Notes under the pieces: model-generated
Database searches by the model: none
Seen by the model: the letters and a program-made list of their open reading frames with translations, nothing else
What the model was told of the DNA's origin: nothing
Position numbers and translations under genes: made by a program
Assembly (NCBI GenBank): GCA_903852325.1
Contig: CAINQO010000045.1
Coordinates: 1 to 63,784 of the forward strand
Source of the DNA: Candidatus Omnitrophota bacterium
Lineage (GTDB): Bacteria > Omnitrophota > Gorgyraeia > Gygaellales > Profunditerraquicolaceae
DNA length: 63,784 bases
Direction: 5' to 3'
In this document: one piece after another, positions 54,008 to 63,340 of the stretch
Numbering within the stretch: the stretch's first letter is position 1
Layout of the letters: every line of letters starts with the position of its first letter

Positions 54008-55425
54008 AAAAAGAACCGGTAAAAACCAGGGAGCTTGATCCGCAAGTCAGGACGGGTAATTTTCAGGAGGTGGTTTTGGGTTACTCCGAAACAGAGGCTT
54101 TGGCTGAGGCCTCCCGCTGTCTGCAGTGCGCTAAACCCCTTTGCGTCGGCGGCTGCCCGGTGAATATCGAGATTAAAAAATTTATTTATTATATCCAGCG
54201 CAAGGATTACGCCCGGGCGTATTTTACGATCCGGGAAAGGAATAGCTTTGCCTCTATTTGCGGCAGGGTCTGTCCGGCGGAATACCAGTGCCGCAAGGCC
54301 TGCGTCCTGAACAAGAAGCAGCAGCCTTTTGCTTCTAGCGAAGCGATCAATATCCATTTTTTGGAGCGTTTCGCGGGAGATTACGGGAAGGATAACCGCC
54401 TGGCGGTTGCCTCCGAGAAAGAGGAAAAATTTTCTGAATTTAAGGTAGCGGTAGTGGGTTCGGGACCGGCGGGATTATGCTGTGCCGGGGAGCTGGCGCG
54501 TAAAGGGATCAAGGTAGATATTTTTGAAAGCTTACACAAGCTGGGCGGGGTGCTGCGCTACGGGATCCCGCCTTTCCGGCTTCCGGCGGAGGTCCTGGAT
54601 TTTGAAATAAACCTGCTTAAGCAGCTGGGAGTAAATTTTACTCCTAATTTTCTCGTGGGGAAAGCCAAGTCGATCAAAGAATTATTTGCCGACGGCTATT
54701 CCTGCATTTTTTTGGGGCTGGGAGCCGGGGTCCCCTCATTCTTGGGGATCAAGGGAGAGAACCTGAATAATATTTATTCGGTAAATGAATTCCTTACCCG
54801 GGTGAATCTGATGTCCGCTTATAAATTTCCGGAGTTCCATACGCCGGTAAATATCGGCAAGCATGTTTTGGTTGTCGGCGGCGGAAACACGGCGATGGAT
54901 GCGGCCCGGGTGGCGCTTAGACTGCAGAAGCTTAAAGGGCTTGTCCCGGATACCACGGTTGTTTACCGGCGCACAGAAACAGAGATGCCTGCCCGCAGAC
55001 TGGAGATCGAACATGCCAAAGAAGAAGGGATCAAATTTGAATTTTTGACCCAGCCGAAAGAATTTGAGGGAGATGAACAGGGTTTTGTCAATAAGCTGTC
55101 CTGTTTGCGGGCCAAATTAGGGGAAGCGGATGCCTCCGGACGGCGGCGGCCGGTGATCCTGGAGGGAAGCGATTTTTCCCTGGATTGTGATTTATGTGTG
55201 ATCGCCGTGGGTTTAAAGGCCAATCAGATTTTAATTAAAGAAACCGCGGAATTAAAGATCAACCAGGACTCCGATATCGTCGTTGACCCGGAAACCATGG
55301 AAAGCTCGATTCCGGGAGTTTATGCCGGAGGGGACATTGTCGGAGGGGAAGGGACGATCATCGAGGCGATGGGAATGGCTAAAATTGCTGCCCGGGCAAT
55401 TATCAAGAAACTCGCCCCGGTTTAA
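54004..55425 (+). CDS. nfnB: NfnB-type (GltD-like) NADPH-dependent oxidoreductase subunit
   Basis: 473 aa; CLQCAKPLCVGGCP, CGRVCPAEYQC, two Rossmann motifs (VVGSGPAGL, VVGGGNTAMD). Confidence 0.88.
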   Translation: MKKEPVKTRELDPQVRTGNFQEVVLGYSETEALAEASRCLQCAKPLCVGGCPVNIEIKKFIYYIQRKDYARAYFTIRERNSFASICGRVCPAEYQCRKACVLNKKQQPFASSEAINIHFLERFAGDYGKDNRLAVASEKEEKFSEFKVAVVGSGPAGLCCAGELARKGIKVDIFESLHKLGGVLRYGIPPFRLPAEVLDFEINLLKQLGVNFTPNFLVGKAKSIKELFADGYSCIFLGLGAGVPSFLGIKGENLNNIYSVNEFLTRVNLMSAYKFPEFHTPVNIGKHVLVVGGGNTAMDAARVALRLQKLKGLVPDTTVVYRRTETEMPARRLEIEHAKEEGIKFEFLTQPKEFEGDEQGFVNKLSCLRAKLGEADASGRRRPVILEGSDFSLDCDLCVIAVGLKANQILIKETAELKINQDSDIVVDPETMESSIPGVYAGGDIVGGEGTIIEAMGMAKIAARAIIKKLAPV

Positions 55426-55465
55426 AAATTTGTTTTTATCCCTCGAGTGATACTTTTACGCAGAG

Positions 55466-55508
55466 ACGCGCCGCGACCAGGTTGATCACGGCGCGTTTAT
55501 TTTTTTTG
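55466..55508 (+). terminator. intrinsic terminator after nfnB
   Basis: ACGCGCCG pairs with CGGCGCGT, 15-nt loop, TTATTTTTTTT. Confidence 0.8.
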
Positions 55509-55544
55509 GTTGCGGGTAGGCTTTTTTGGATGTAAAATAAGCCC

Positions 55545-57467
55545 GTGAAAAAAGAAAAAGCCATCGATGAATTTTTCCGCAGCTTGAGGGTCACCCTGAC
55601 CAACGCTTTCTCTTACCCCAAAGACCACCCTTATTTTCTGAAATCCATTGATAGTTTTAAGCTCAAGCTTCAAGAGGTCCAGGAAACTCTAAATCCGCTT
55701 AAAATCGGGGTTACCGATACAGGGCTGGTCGTCAATGAAGAGAGCTTGTCCGGTTCCGGTTTCTACGAAGAGCTGGGCCGCCTGCTGCATCAGCGTAAAA
55801 TCAAAAGCGTGGAAATCAGGAGCGGGGTGACCCCCTCCGAGATCGTGAGTTTTTTTTCCGTTATTTCCATGTCCACCAAGGATATTCTGAAACAGGGCGG
55901 GGTCAATGCCCTCCTGGGAAAATATCAGGTGGTTAATTTTATTGTCGAGGAACTCGATTATTCCGTGCTCTTGCAGGAGAACGGGCAGGAGTGCGCCGAC
56001 CTTTGGGGTTATCTCCTCAACTATGCTTCGCAGGGTAACGATCAATCCAAATTAGACAGCCTGGTAGAGAACTTCGGCGGCTTGATCAAGCGTACGGACC
56101 AGAACGATCTTTTTAAAACCGAAGCGATCCCTTCCAATATCAGCGATTTTCTGCTTTCTCTCAAAGAAAAGAATAAAGAACATTTTGCCAAATGCTCCAA
56201 GGAACTTTTCCTGTGGTTATTGCGGAATAAAAAATCCCTGAACGAAGAAAAAATGGAAAAGCTTAAATTGATTTTCAACAGCCTCAACAGCGAGGATATG
56301 GATACGCTTTTCTGGGAGGGGTTATTGCAGGAGGATAATTTCGATATTTTAAGCCTGGAACTCTTTTCCAAGATCTCCGAGCAAAAGAACCCGCAAAAGT
56401 TCGGGGAAGGTTTTTTAAGCAAGCTAAAAAGCGGCCAGCAGCTGGCCGCCAACAACCCCAAGGTGGTCAAAACGGTGAAAAACCTGCTGACCGGTATCCA
56501 CGGCAGCCAACTTTCCGCGGTTTACCGCCACACCCTGGAATCTTTGGTCCGCGGGATTTCCGCTTCCGGGGTGCAGGTTTTTGATCAAAAGGCGCTGCGG
56601 GAAAATTACCGCTATATAACTTTAAACGTGCTTTCGGTGGAAGAGGATAAGGATAATTTATCCCTGGCCGCGGAAATCCTGGAAAAAGAACTCCCGGTGG
56701 TGCTGGAGGATGACGCCCTGGATTTCCTTAAAGATCTTTGGGGAGCGTTGCTTAAAAGGAAAAATGAGCCGCTGGGGATTTGCGCGGAGCTGGAAAAAAA
56801 ATTCTCCGCTTTTATCGAGAATATCATCCTGAACCAGGATTTGCCTGCCGAAAAAGAATTTTTTCTGGAAATGGTTTCCCTCCCCTCCCAGGATGCGGGT
56901 TTTTACCTGGACAAAATATTTGCCGCGGAAAAGGCCAATAAAAATATTCTAAGTCTATTTTTCAAATTTTTCCCGGGGAACCTGGATATCTTTTATTCGC
57001 AGGTCGAGCAAAGGATTATGGATATCGAGTTCCTCGCCTCCCTCATTGAAGCGTTGGGGAGCCTGAGTACTCCCGAGACCCTGGGCATCCTGGACCACAT
57101 CTATTCTTCCGCCAATGAATTGATCAAGAATGAGATACTGAATATTATGCGTAAATTAAAAAAGGTGGATGTTCAATTCTTACTGCGTCAACTCCAGACG
57201 GAATCTCCCTTGTTGAGAAAAAACCTGCTTTCTGTTTTGATCATCGACGCCCAGGGGGCGGAAGGGGCGCTGGAGGCTTTATTTAAATTCCCCAATTTCC
57301 TGGGCAGGAAGAATGAGCTGCTTATGGAAAACATGCAGATCGCCTTTGAGCTGGGACTGCTTGAGGCGGTAGGGTTGATCCATGAGTTGAGCCGCCGGAG
57401 ATTTTTCTGGAACCGCGCCCTGCGCAAAAAGGCAAAACAGGTTCTTAAGGAGTGGAATGCTCAATAA
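55545..57467 (+). CDS. HEAT-repeat-like protein sharing an N-terminal domain with the downstream HD-GYP protein
   Basis: 640 aa; GTG start. Its N-terminal ~110 aa align by eye with the N-terminus of the 57457 ORF. The C-terminal region is helical-repeat-like. Confidence 0.6.
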   Translation: MKKEKAIDEFFRSLRVTLTNAFSYPKDHPYFLKSIDSFKLKLQEVQETLNPLKIGVTDTGLVVNEESLSGSGFYEELGRLLHQRKIKSVEIRSGVTPSEIVSFFSVISMSTKDILKQGGVNALLGKYQVVNFIVEELDYSVLLQENGQECADLWGYLLNYASQGNDQSKLDSLVENFGGLIKRTDQNDLFKTEAIPSNISDFLLSLKEKNKEHFAKCSKELFLWLLRNKKSLNEEKMEKLKLIFNSLNSEDMDTLFWEGLLQEDNFDILSLELFSKISEQKNPQKFGEGFLSKLKSGQQLAANNPKVVKTVKNLLTGIHGSQLSAVYRHTLESLVRGISASGVQVFDQKALRENYRYITLNVLSVEEDKDNLSLAAEILEKELPVVLEDDALDFLKDLWGALLKRKNEPLGICAELEKKFSAFIENIILNQDLPAEKEFFLEMVSLPSQDAGFYLDKIFAAEKANKNILSLFFKFFPGNLDIFYSQVEQRIMDIEFLASLIEALGSLSTPETLGILDHIYSSANELIKNEILNIMRKLKKVDVQFLLRQLQTESPLLRKNLLSVLIIDAQGAEGALEALFKFPNFLGRKNELLMENMQIAFELGLLEAVGLIHELSRRRFFWNRALRKKAKQVLKEWNAQ

Positions 57468-58788
57468 TATCGAAGAAGCTTTTAAGGCATTACTTAGCTG
57501 CCTGCAGTCTTTGAAGATGTACGGCCAGGCGCATCCGATGTTCCAGAAGTCGCTGGACAAGGCTTTTGAGGCGCTCAGCGAGGTCTTAAGTACCCGCCAG
57601 GACATGGTGATCGGGATCGTCGGCCAGGACCTGGCTTTTGAAAAAGAGGTGCTCTTTGATCTGGCCAAGATCCTGCGGCCGGCGATTGTTTACCTCAAAG
57701 AAAGGAACATCGAGCGGATCGCTTTTTACCGCGGGCTGACCAAAGAAGAGTTGGGGTCGTTCGTTAATTTCATTGCCGCGCCGAAAGCGGATTTTAAAGG
57801 GGATGTCCAGGCTGCTTTTAGCCTTCTGGGGATCGAACATGTAAGCATCAGCAAGCTTAAGGTCGACCCGAATAACAAGGGGGGAGGGTTTTCCCTGGCG
57901 CAGGCGGAGCTTTACGATTCTTCCGCTGATATTGTCGGCCAGGCTTTAAGCGGGGTACTTAACTCCGAGAAGGTCGACCACCTGGCGCTTAAATTTTCCC
58001 TGAATAACATCATCGAAAACTTAAGCACCCAGCGCCAGGAACTTCTGCAATTAGCCACGGTAAAAAGATATGATATGGAAACTTACATGCATATGCTCAA
58101 CGTTTCCATTTTTTCCATGTATTTTGCCTCCTGTTTGGGTTTTGACAAGGCGGATATTTTAAATATCGGCATCGCCGCGATGTATCACGATATCGGTAAA
58201 TTATTTATTTCGCGTAAAATCCTGCATAAGCCGGGAGAGTTAACGGATCAGGAGTTTGTCCGGATCAAAAGCCACACCCTGATGGGCGCCGAGATCATGA
58301 TGCGCTATATCGATACCCTGGGCATCCTGCCGGTAGTGGTCGCCTACGAGCACCATTTAAAGTTCGACGCCAGCGGGTATCCGCACCTGCCTTTTTTAAG
58401 AAAACAGCACATCGCTTCTTCGATCGTTTCGATTTGCGATGTTTACGACGCGCTTTCCCAAAGGCGGGGTTATAAACAGGATTATTCCCCGGATGTGGTT
58501 TATAACCTGATGAACCGGGACCGGGGCAGCTATTTTGACCCGGAATTGCTGGATAAATTTTTTAAATTTATGGGTTATTGGCCGATCGGTTCGGTGGTCG
58601 CCTTAAATGACGGCAGCATCGCCCTGGTAAAGAGCCCCAGCGAAACGGATATCCGCCGGCCAAAAATCCAGATCGTTGCTCCCCCCGAAAAGAAGCGTCT
58701 GGTCGATTTGACTCAGGAGCCGGCCCTAAGCATTGAGCGTTATCTTAACCCTTGGAAAGAGGGCAAGGAATACCTGGAGATGGGTTAA
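57457..58788 (+). CDS. HD-GYP domain protein (putative cyclic-di-GMP phosphodiesterase)
   Basis: 443 aa; HMLNVS, MYHDIGK, HHLKFDASGYP motifs. Confidence 0.88.
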   Translation: MLNNIEEAFKALLSCLQSLKMYGQAHPMFQKSLDKAFEALSEVLSTRQDMVIGIVGQDLAFEKEVLFDLAKILRPAIVYLKERNIERIAFYRGLTKEELGSFVNFIAAPKADFKGDVQAAFSLLGIEHVSISKLKVDPNNKGGGFSLAQAELYDSSADIVGQALSGVLNSEKVDHLALKFSLNNIIENLSTQRQELLQLATVKRYDMETYMHMLNVSIFSMYFASCLGFDKADILNIGIAAMYHDIGKLFISRKILHKPGELTDQEFVRIKSHTLMGAEIMMRYIDTLGILPVVVAYEHHLKFDASGYPHLPFLRKQHIASSIVSICDVYDALSQRRGYKQDYSPDVVYNLMNRDRGSYFDPELLDKFFKFMGYWPIGSVVALNDGSIALVKSPSETDIRRPKIQIVAPPEKKRLVDLTQEPALSIERYLNPWKEGKEYLEMG

Positions 58789-58791
58789 TTT

Positions 58792-58914
58792 GAGTAGTGA
58801 GGGTTAGGGTGAGGAGCGGGTTAGGTGGCGTGAATGAGTAGTTAGTTTTGCCTCACTACCAATCCCCACTACGTAACTCACTACTTTACCTAATCCACAT
58901 CCACACTACTCATC
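58792..58914 (+). repeat. imperfect long hairpin with G/T-rich left arm and C/A-rich right arm
   Basis: GAGTAGTGAGGGTTAGGGTGAGG...TTAGGTGG on the left faces ...TTACCTAATCCACATCCACACTACTCATC on the right. Complementarity is partial (e.g. GAGTAGTG with CACTACTC, TTAGGT with ACCTAA). Confidence 0.45.
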
Positions 58915-58944
58915 TCGGCATCAGGGTATTTTTTTATTGGAGGG

Positions 58945-58972
58945 TTGACTTTACGGTAAATTGTGCTATAGT
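58945..58972 (+). promoter_or_regulatory. sigma70-type promoter of carA
   Basis: TTGACT (58945-58950), 16-nt spacer, TGc-TATAGT (58967-58972). Confidence 0.6.
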
Positions 58973-58977
58973 TATTC

Positions 58978-58991
58978 AAACAAAGGCGTTT
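58978..58991 (+). promoter_or_regulatory. hexaloop hairpin competing with the carA leader terminator
   Basis: AAAC-AAAGGC-GTTT; same AC-NNNGGC-GT core as the nitrogen-operon leaders; overlaps the terminator 5' arm. Confidence 0.4.
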
Positions 58992-59025
58992 AGGGGCCGC
59001 AATTTCGGCACTAAGCGCTTTTTTT
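58985..59025 (+). terminator. intrinsic terminator / attenuator in the carA leader
   Basis: GGCGTTTAG pairs with CTAAGCGCT (two G-U pairs), enclosing GCCG-CAATTT-CGGC; a T7 run follows. Confidence 0.65.
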
Positions 59026-59072
59026 GCGGAATTAGCGGTCAATTTTAAAGGCAAAAATTAAGGGAAAAGAAT

Positions 59073-60164
59073 ATGCAGGCGGTATTGGCTTTAGAGGATG
59101 GAACAATCTATAAAGGTATTTCTTTCGGCGCCAGCGGAGAAGTCCTGGGAGAGGTGGTTTTTAATACCAGCATGGCCGGATACCAGGAGATCATTACCGA
59201 TCCTTCTTATAAAGGCCAGATCGTGGCAATGACCTATCCGTTGATCGGCAATTACGGGGTGAACAAAGAAGATGTGGAAAGCCGCCAGCCTTTCTTGGAA
59301 GGTTTTGTGGTCAAGGAGTACAGTAAAATCGCCAGCAACTGGAGAAAAGACCAGGGGTTGGGGGAGTACCTGAAAGAAAATAATATTTTAGCCATCGAGG
59401 GGATCGATACCCGCGCCCTGACCTTGCGCATCCGGGAAAAAGGGGCGATGAAGGCGGTTCTCTCTACGCAGGATTTTGATGCCGCCAGCCTGGTCAGAAA
59501 AGCCAGCCAGAGCCGGGGCTTAGTCGGCCTGGATCTGGTTAAAGAAGTCACCATCTCCCGGAAATATTTGTATACCCAGTCCAGGGACGCTAAATTCAAA
59601 GTGGCGGTCTTGGACTGCGGAGTAAAATATAACATCTTAAGGGAATTGCTGCGCCATAAATGTAACGTCACCGTGTTCCCGGCGCAGACCAGCGCCAAAG
59701 AGATCCTCGCCCTTAAGCCTGAAGGAGTTTTATTGTCTAACGGTCCCGGTGATCCGGCGGCAGTAGAGTGCGTGATCAAAACGACCGCCGATCTGATCGG
59801 CCGGGTGCCCATCTTCGGGATCTGCCTGGGGCATCAAATGCTCGGGCTGGCGATGGGAGGAAAGACCTTTAAACTTAAGTTCGGCCATCACGGAGCCAAT
59901 CATCCGGTAAAGGACCTGCGCACCGGTAAGGTCCACATCACCAGCCAGAACCACGGTTTTTGCGTGGATATCAATTCTTTGCCCAAAAAAGAGATCCAGT
60001 TGACCCACGTAAATTTGAATGACGATACTTCGGAAGGGATGCGCCATAAAAAGCTGCCGGTATTTTCCGTGCAGTTCCATCCGGAGTCGGCTCCCGGGCC
60101 GCACGACGCCAAATATTTATTTGCCGAATTTACACAGTTGATGAGCAAGAACAAGAAACATTAA
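59073..60164 (+). CDS. carA: carbamoyl-phosphate synthase small (glutaminase) subunit
   Basis: 363 aa; GATase catalytic GICLGHQ and HPE triad elements. Confidence 0.95.
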   Translation: MQAVLALEDGTIYKGISFGASGEVLGEVVFNTSMAGYQEIITDPSYKGQIVAMTYPLIGNYGVNKEDVESRQPFLEGFVVKEYSKIASNWRKDQGLGEYLKENNILAIEGIDTRALTLRIREKGAMKAVLSTQDFDAASLVRKASQSRGLVGLDLVKEVTISRKYLYTQSRDAKFKVAVLDCGVKYNILRELLRHKCNVTVFPAQTSAKEILALKPEGVLLSNGPGDPAAVECVIKTTADLIGRVPIFGICLGHQMLGLAMGGKTFKLKFGHHGANHPVKDLRTGKVHITSQNHGFCVDINSLPKKEIQLTHVNLNDDTSEGMRHKKLPVFSVQFHPESAPGPHDAKYLFAEFTQLMSKNKKH

Positions 60165-60167
60165 TGT

Positions 60168-60301
60168 TAAACTCTAAACCCGAAATCCTAAACTCTAAAC
60201 AAACCCAAAAAATCAAAACACAAAACTCAAAACGTTAGATTAAAAATTTGAGTTTTGGATTTTGGATTTGTTTAGGATTTAGAGTTTAGTGTTTAGGGTT
60301 T
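60168..60301 (+). repeat. ~135-nt imperfect long hairpin, copy 2 of the heptad-repeat family
   Basis: Starts TAAACTCTAAAC and ends TTTAGGGTTT like copy 1. The right arm TTTTGGATTTGTTTAGGATTTAGAGTTTAGTGTTTAGGGTTT is near-identical to 33781-33822. Confidence 0.85.
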
Positions 60302-60310
60302 GAAAAAAAT

Positions 60311-61972
60311 ATGCCTAAAAGAAAAGATATCAAGAAAATTTTAATTATCGGAAGCGGGCCGATCGTTATCGGCCAGGCCTGCGAGTTCGATTATTCCGGC
60401 ACCCAGGCCTGCAAGGTCCTTAAGCAGGAAGGGTATAAAATCGTGCTGGTCAATTCCAATCCCGCGACGATCATGACTGACCCGGAGGTCGCCGATAAAA
60501 CTTATATCGAACCGCTTACCGTGGAGATGGTGGAAAAAATCATCGCCAAGGAAAGGCCGGACGCGCTTCTGCCTACTTTAGGCGGCCAGACCGCCCTGAA
60601 TACGACGATCGGCCTGGCGCAAAAAGGGGTGTTGAAGAAATATAAAGTCGAAACCATCGGAGCCGATATCAAGGCGATCAAAAAAGGGGAAGACCGTCAA
60701 TTGTTCAAGGCGGCGATGAAAAAGATCGGCTTGGACCTGCCTAAAAGCGGCCGGGCCTATAATCTTGAAGAGGCAATCTCTGTTTCGCAGGAGGTCGGTT
60801 TTCCTTTGATCATCCGCCCCAGTTTTACGATGGGAGGAAGCGGGGGATCTATCGCTTACAATATCGAGGAGTTTAGGGCTTTAGCCAAGCGCGGACTGGA
60901 ATCAAGTATTATTAGTGAAATCCTGGTAGAAGAATCGGTGATCGGTTGGAAAGAATTCGAGCTGGAGGTCATGCGCGATTTAAAGGATAATGTCGTGGTT
61001 ATCTGCACTATTGAAAACTTCGATCCGATGGGGGTGCACACCGGGGATAGTATCACGGTTGCCCCGATCCAGACCCTGACTAACCGGGAATACCAGTTGA
61101 TGCGTAATGCCGCCATTGCCTGCATCCGGGAGATCGGCGTTTCCACCGGCGGTTCAAATATCCAGTTTGCCGTCCACCCGGAAACCGGAAGGATGGTGGT
61201 GATTGAAATGAACCCCCGGGTTTCGCGCAGTTCGGCGCTATCTTCCAAAGCCACCGGTTTTCCGATCGCTAAAATCGCCGCTAAGCTTGCCGTCGGCTAT
61301 ACCCTGGATGAGATCGCTAACGATATTACCCAGTCTACCCCGGCCTGCTTTGAACCGGCCATCGATTATTGCGTGGTGAAGATCCCGCGTTTTACTTTTG
61401 AAAAATTTGCCTCCGCCGAGAATATCCTGGGGATTTCCATGAAATCCGTCGGGGAAGCGATGGCGATCGGCCGGACCTTTAAGGAGGCGTTACAGAAGGG
61501 GCTGAGGGCGCTGGAGCTTAAAAAATTCGGCCTGGAAAGCATCCTTTTCAGCGACCTGCGGGAAATAAAACCCGAAAACGGGGTCCTGGATATAATTTAT
61601 CAAAAGTTAAGACAACCCAATGCTGAAAGGATCTTTTATATCGGCGACGCTTTTCGCGCGAATTTAGATATCGAGATCGTCCACGACCTGACTAAGATCG
61701 ACCGCTGGTTTTTGCATAACATAAAAGAGATTATCGATTGCGAACGGCAGCTGTTAAATAGTAAAGAAGGCCTTAGTTTTGAAATGCTCAAGAAAGCCAA
61801 AGAATACGGCTTTAGCGACAGGCAGTTAAGCAGGCTTTTGGCCAAAAGCGAGCAGGAGATCCGGGATTTACGCAGATCCATGGGGCTTTTCCCGGATTTT
61901 AAACTGGTAGATACCTGCGCCGCGGAGTTTGCCGCCAAGACCCCGTATTTTTATTCTACTTATGACAAGTAA
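60311..61972 (+). CDS. carB: carbamoyl-phosphate synthase large subunit, N-terminal half only (split carB)
   Basis: 553 aa. It contains the first ATP-grasp and oligomerisation domains ([21 protein letters not shown]) and ends at ...YFYSTYDK. No second ATP-grasp half follows. Confidence 0.9.
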   Translation: MPKRKDIKKILIIGSGPIVIGQACEFDYSGTQACKVLKQEGYKIVLVNSNPATIMTDPEVADKTYIEPLTVEMVEKIIAKERPDALLPTLGGQTALNTTIGLAQKGVLKKYKVETIGADIKAIKKGEDRQLFKAAMKKIGLDLPKSGRAYNLEEAISVSQEVGFPLIIRPSFTMGGSGGSIAYNIEEFRALAKRGLESSIISEILVEESVIGWKEFELEVMRDLKDNVVVICTIENFDPMGVHTGDSITVAPIQTLTNREYQLMRNAAIACIREIGVSTGGSNIQFAVHPETGRMVVIEMNPRVSRSSALSSKATGFPIAKIAAKLAVGYTLDEIANDITQSTPACFEPAIDYCVVKIPRFTFEKFASAENILGISMKSVGEAMAIGRTFKEALQKGLRALELKKFGLESILFSDLREIKPENGVLDIIYQKLRQPNAERIFYIGDAFRANLDIEIVHDLTKIDRWFLHNIKEIIDCERQLLNSKEGLSFEMLKKAKEYGFSDRQLSRLLAKSEQEIRDLRRSMGLFPDFKLVDTCAAEFAAKTPYFYSTYDK

Positions 61973-61984
61973 TTTATTTCCCTT

Positions 61985-63340
61985 ATGGCCGTTAAAATAA
62001 AATTTCTGGGAGGGGCAAAAACCGTTACCGGTTCCAGCCACCTGATCTCCGCCGGCAATACCGATATCCTTCTTGACGGAGGGCTTTTCCAGGGACACCG
62101 CCAGGCGTTTTATGATATCAATACGACTTTTCATTATAATCCCCGCACCATTAAAGCGATGGTCCTTTCGCACGCGCACATCGACCATTGCGGGAACATT
62201 CCCAACTTGATCCGCCAGGGGCTGCGCTGCAAGATCTATACCACCTCAGCAACCAAGGACCTGGCGGACCTGATGCTGGTGGATTCGGGTAAGATCCAGG
62301 AAGAAGACGTGCGCTACGTAAATAAGATCAACCGGCGGATGAACCTGCCGCTGCGTAAGCCGCTCTATACCGCTAAAGAAGCTTCCAAGGCGACCCGGAT
62401 ATTCCGCTCCATTTCTTATAACCAGAAATTTTGCATCGCCAAGGATGTTTCGGCGACCATTGTTGACGCTGGGCATATTTTAGGTTCCGGAATTATTGTT
62501 TTAGATATCCGGGACGGGGAACGCTGCCTGCGGCTGGGCTATGCCGTGGACTTGGGCAGGAAGAACCTCCCGCTTTTGAATAACCCATCCATTCCCAAGG
62601 GGCTGGATTATTTAATTTTAGAGTCTACTTACGGCGGAAGGATGCACCGGCCGATCGAAGAGGCTCAATCAAAATTAAGGGAAGCGATCTCCCGGGCGGT
62701 TAAAAGAGGGGGGAAGGTGATCATTCCCTCTTTTACTCTGGAGCGCACCCAGGAGGTAATTTATTTTCTGAATGAGCTGCTGAAGGAAAAGATCATTCCT
62801 TCCGTCCCGATCTATGTGGACAGCCCCCTGGCCACCAATATTACTGATCTTTTTAAATATCACCTTGATTTTTTGAATGAAAAGACCCGCCAGGCTTTTA
62901 TGCGCGGGGACAACCCTTTCGAATTATTGAATTTACGCTTTATCCGGGAACAGAGGGAATCCAAGGCTTTAAATACCGACAATCGGCCGATGATCATTAT
63001 CGCCGGAAGCGGGATGTGCGAATCCGGCCGGGTACTCCACCATTTACAGAACAATATCGAAGATTCACGCAACATGGTGTTGGTGGTCGGTTATATGGCC
63101 CAGGATACTTTAGGCAGGAGGATCGTGGATAAGACCCCTTTTGTAAAAATATTCGGAGTGGAGTATGAGCTGAATGCCGAAGTGGTGGTGATCAACTCTT
63201 TTTCCGGCCACGCCGACCAGGGGGAATTACTGGAATTTGTCTCCGGCTGCCTTCCTCTTAAGCGCATCTTTCTGGTCCACGGAGAGCTGGAGCAGTCCCA
63301 GGCACTGGCGGAGGCATTGATCCTTCAGTGGTTAGATTAA
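61985..63340 (+). CDS. beta-CASP family metallo-beta-lactamase-fold RNase
   Basis: 451 aa; HAHIDHCG motif, beta-CASP insert, C-terminal SGHAD motif. Confidence 0.85.
   Translation: MAVKIKFLGGAKTVTGSSHLISAGNTDILLDGGLFQGHRQAFYDINTTFHYNPRTIKAMVLSHAHIDHCGNIPNLIRQGLRCKIYTTSATKDLADLMLVDSGKIQEEDVRYVNKINRRMNLPLRKPLYTAKEASKATRIFRSISYNQKFCIAKDVSATIVDAGHILGSGIIVLDIRDGERCLRLGYAVDLGRKNLPLLNNPSIPKGLDYLILESTYGGRMHRPIEEAQSKLREAISRAVKRGGKVIIPSFTLERTQEVIYFLNELLKEKIIPSVPIYVDSPLATNITDLFKYHLDFLNEKTRQAFMRGDNPFELLNLRFIREQRESKALNTDNRPMIIIAGSGMCESGRVLHHLQNNIEDSRNMVLVVGYMAQDTLGRRIVDKTPFVKIFGVEYELNAEVVVINSFSGHADQGELLEFVSGCLPLKRIFLVHGELEQSQALAEALILQWLD

Noticed and set aside
58848-59048. 66-aa ORF between the HD-GYP gene and carA
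   Set aside because: It spans the right arm of a long hairpin, the carA promoter and the leader terminator. It has no RBS and its sequence is low in complexity.
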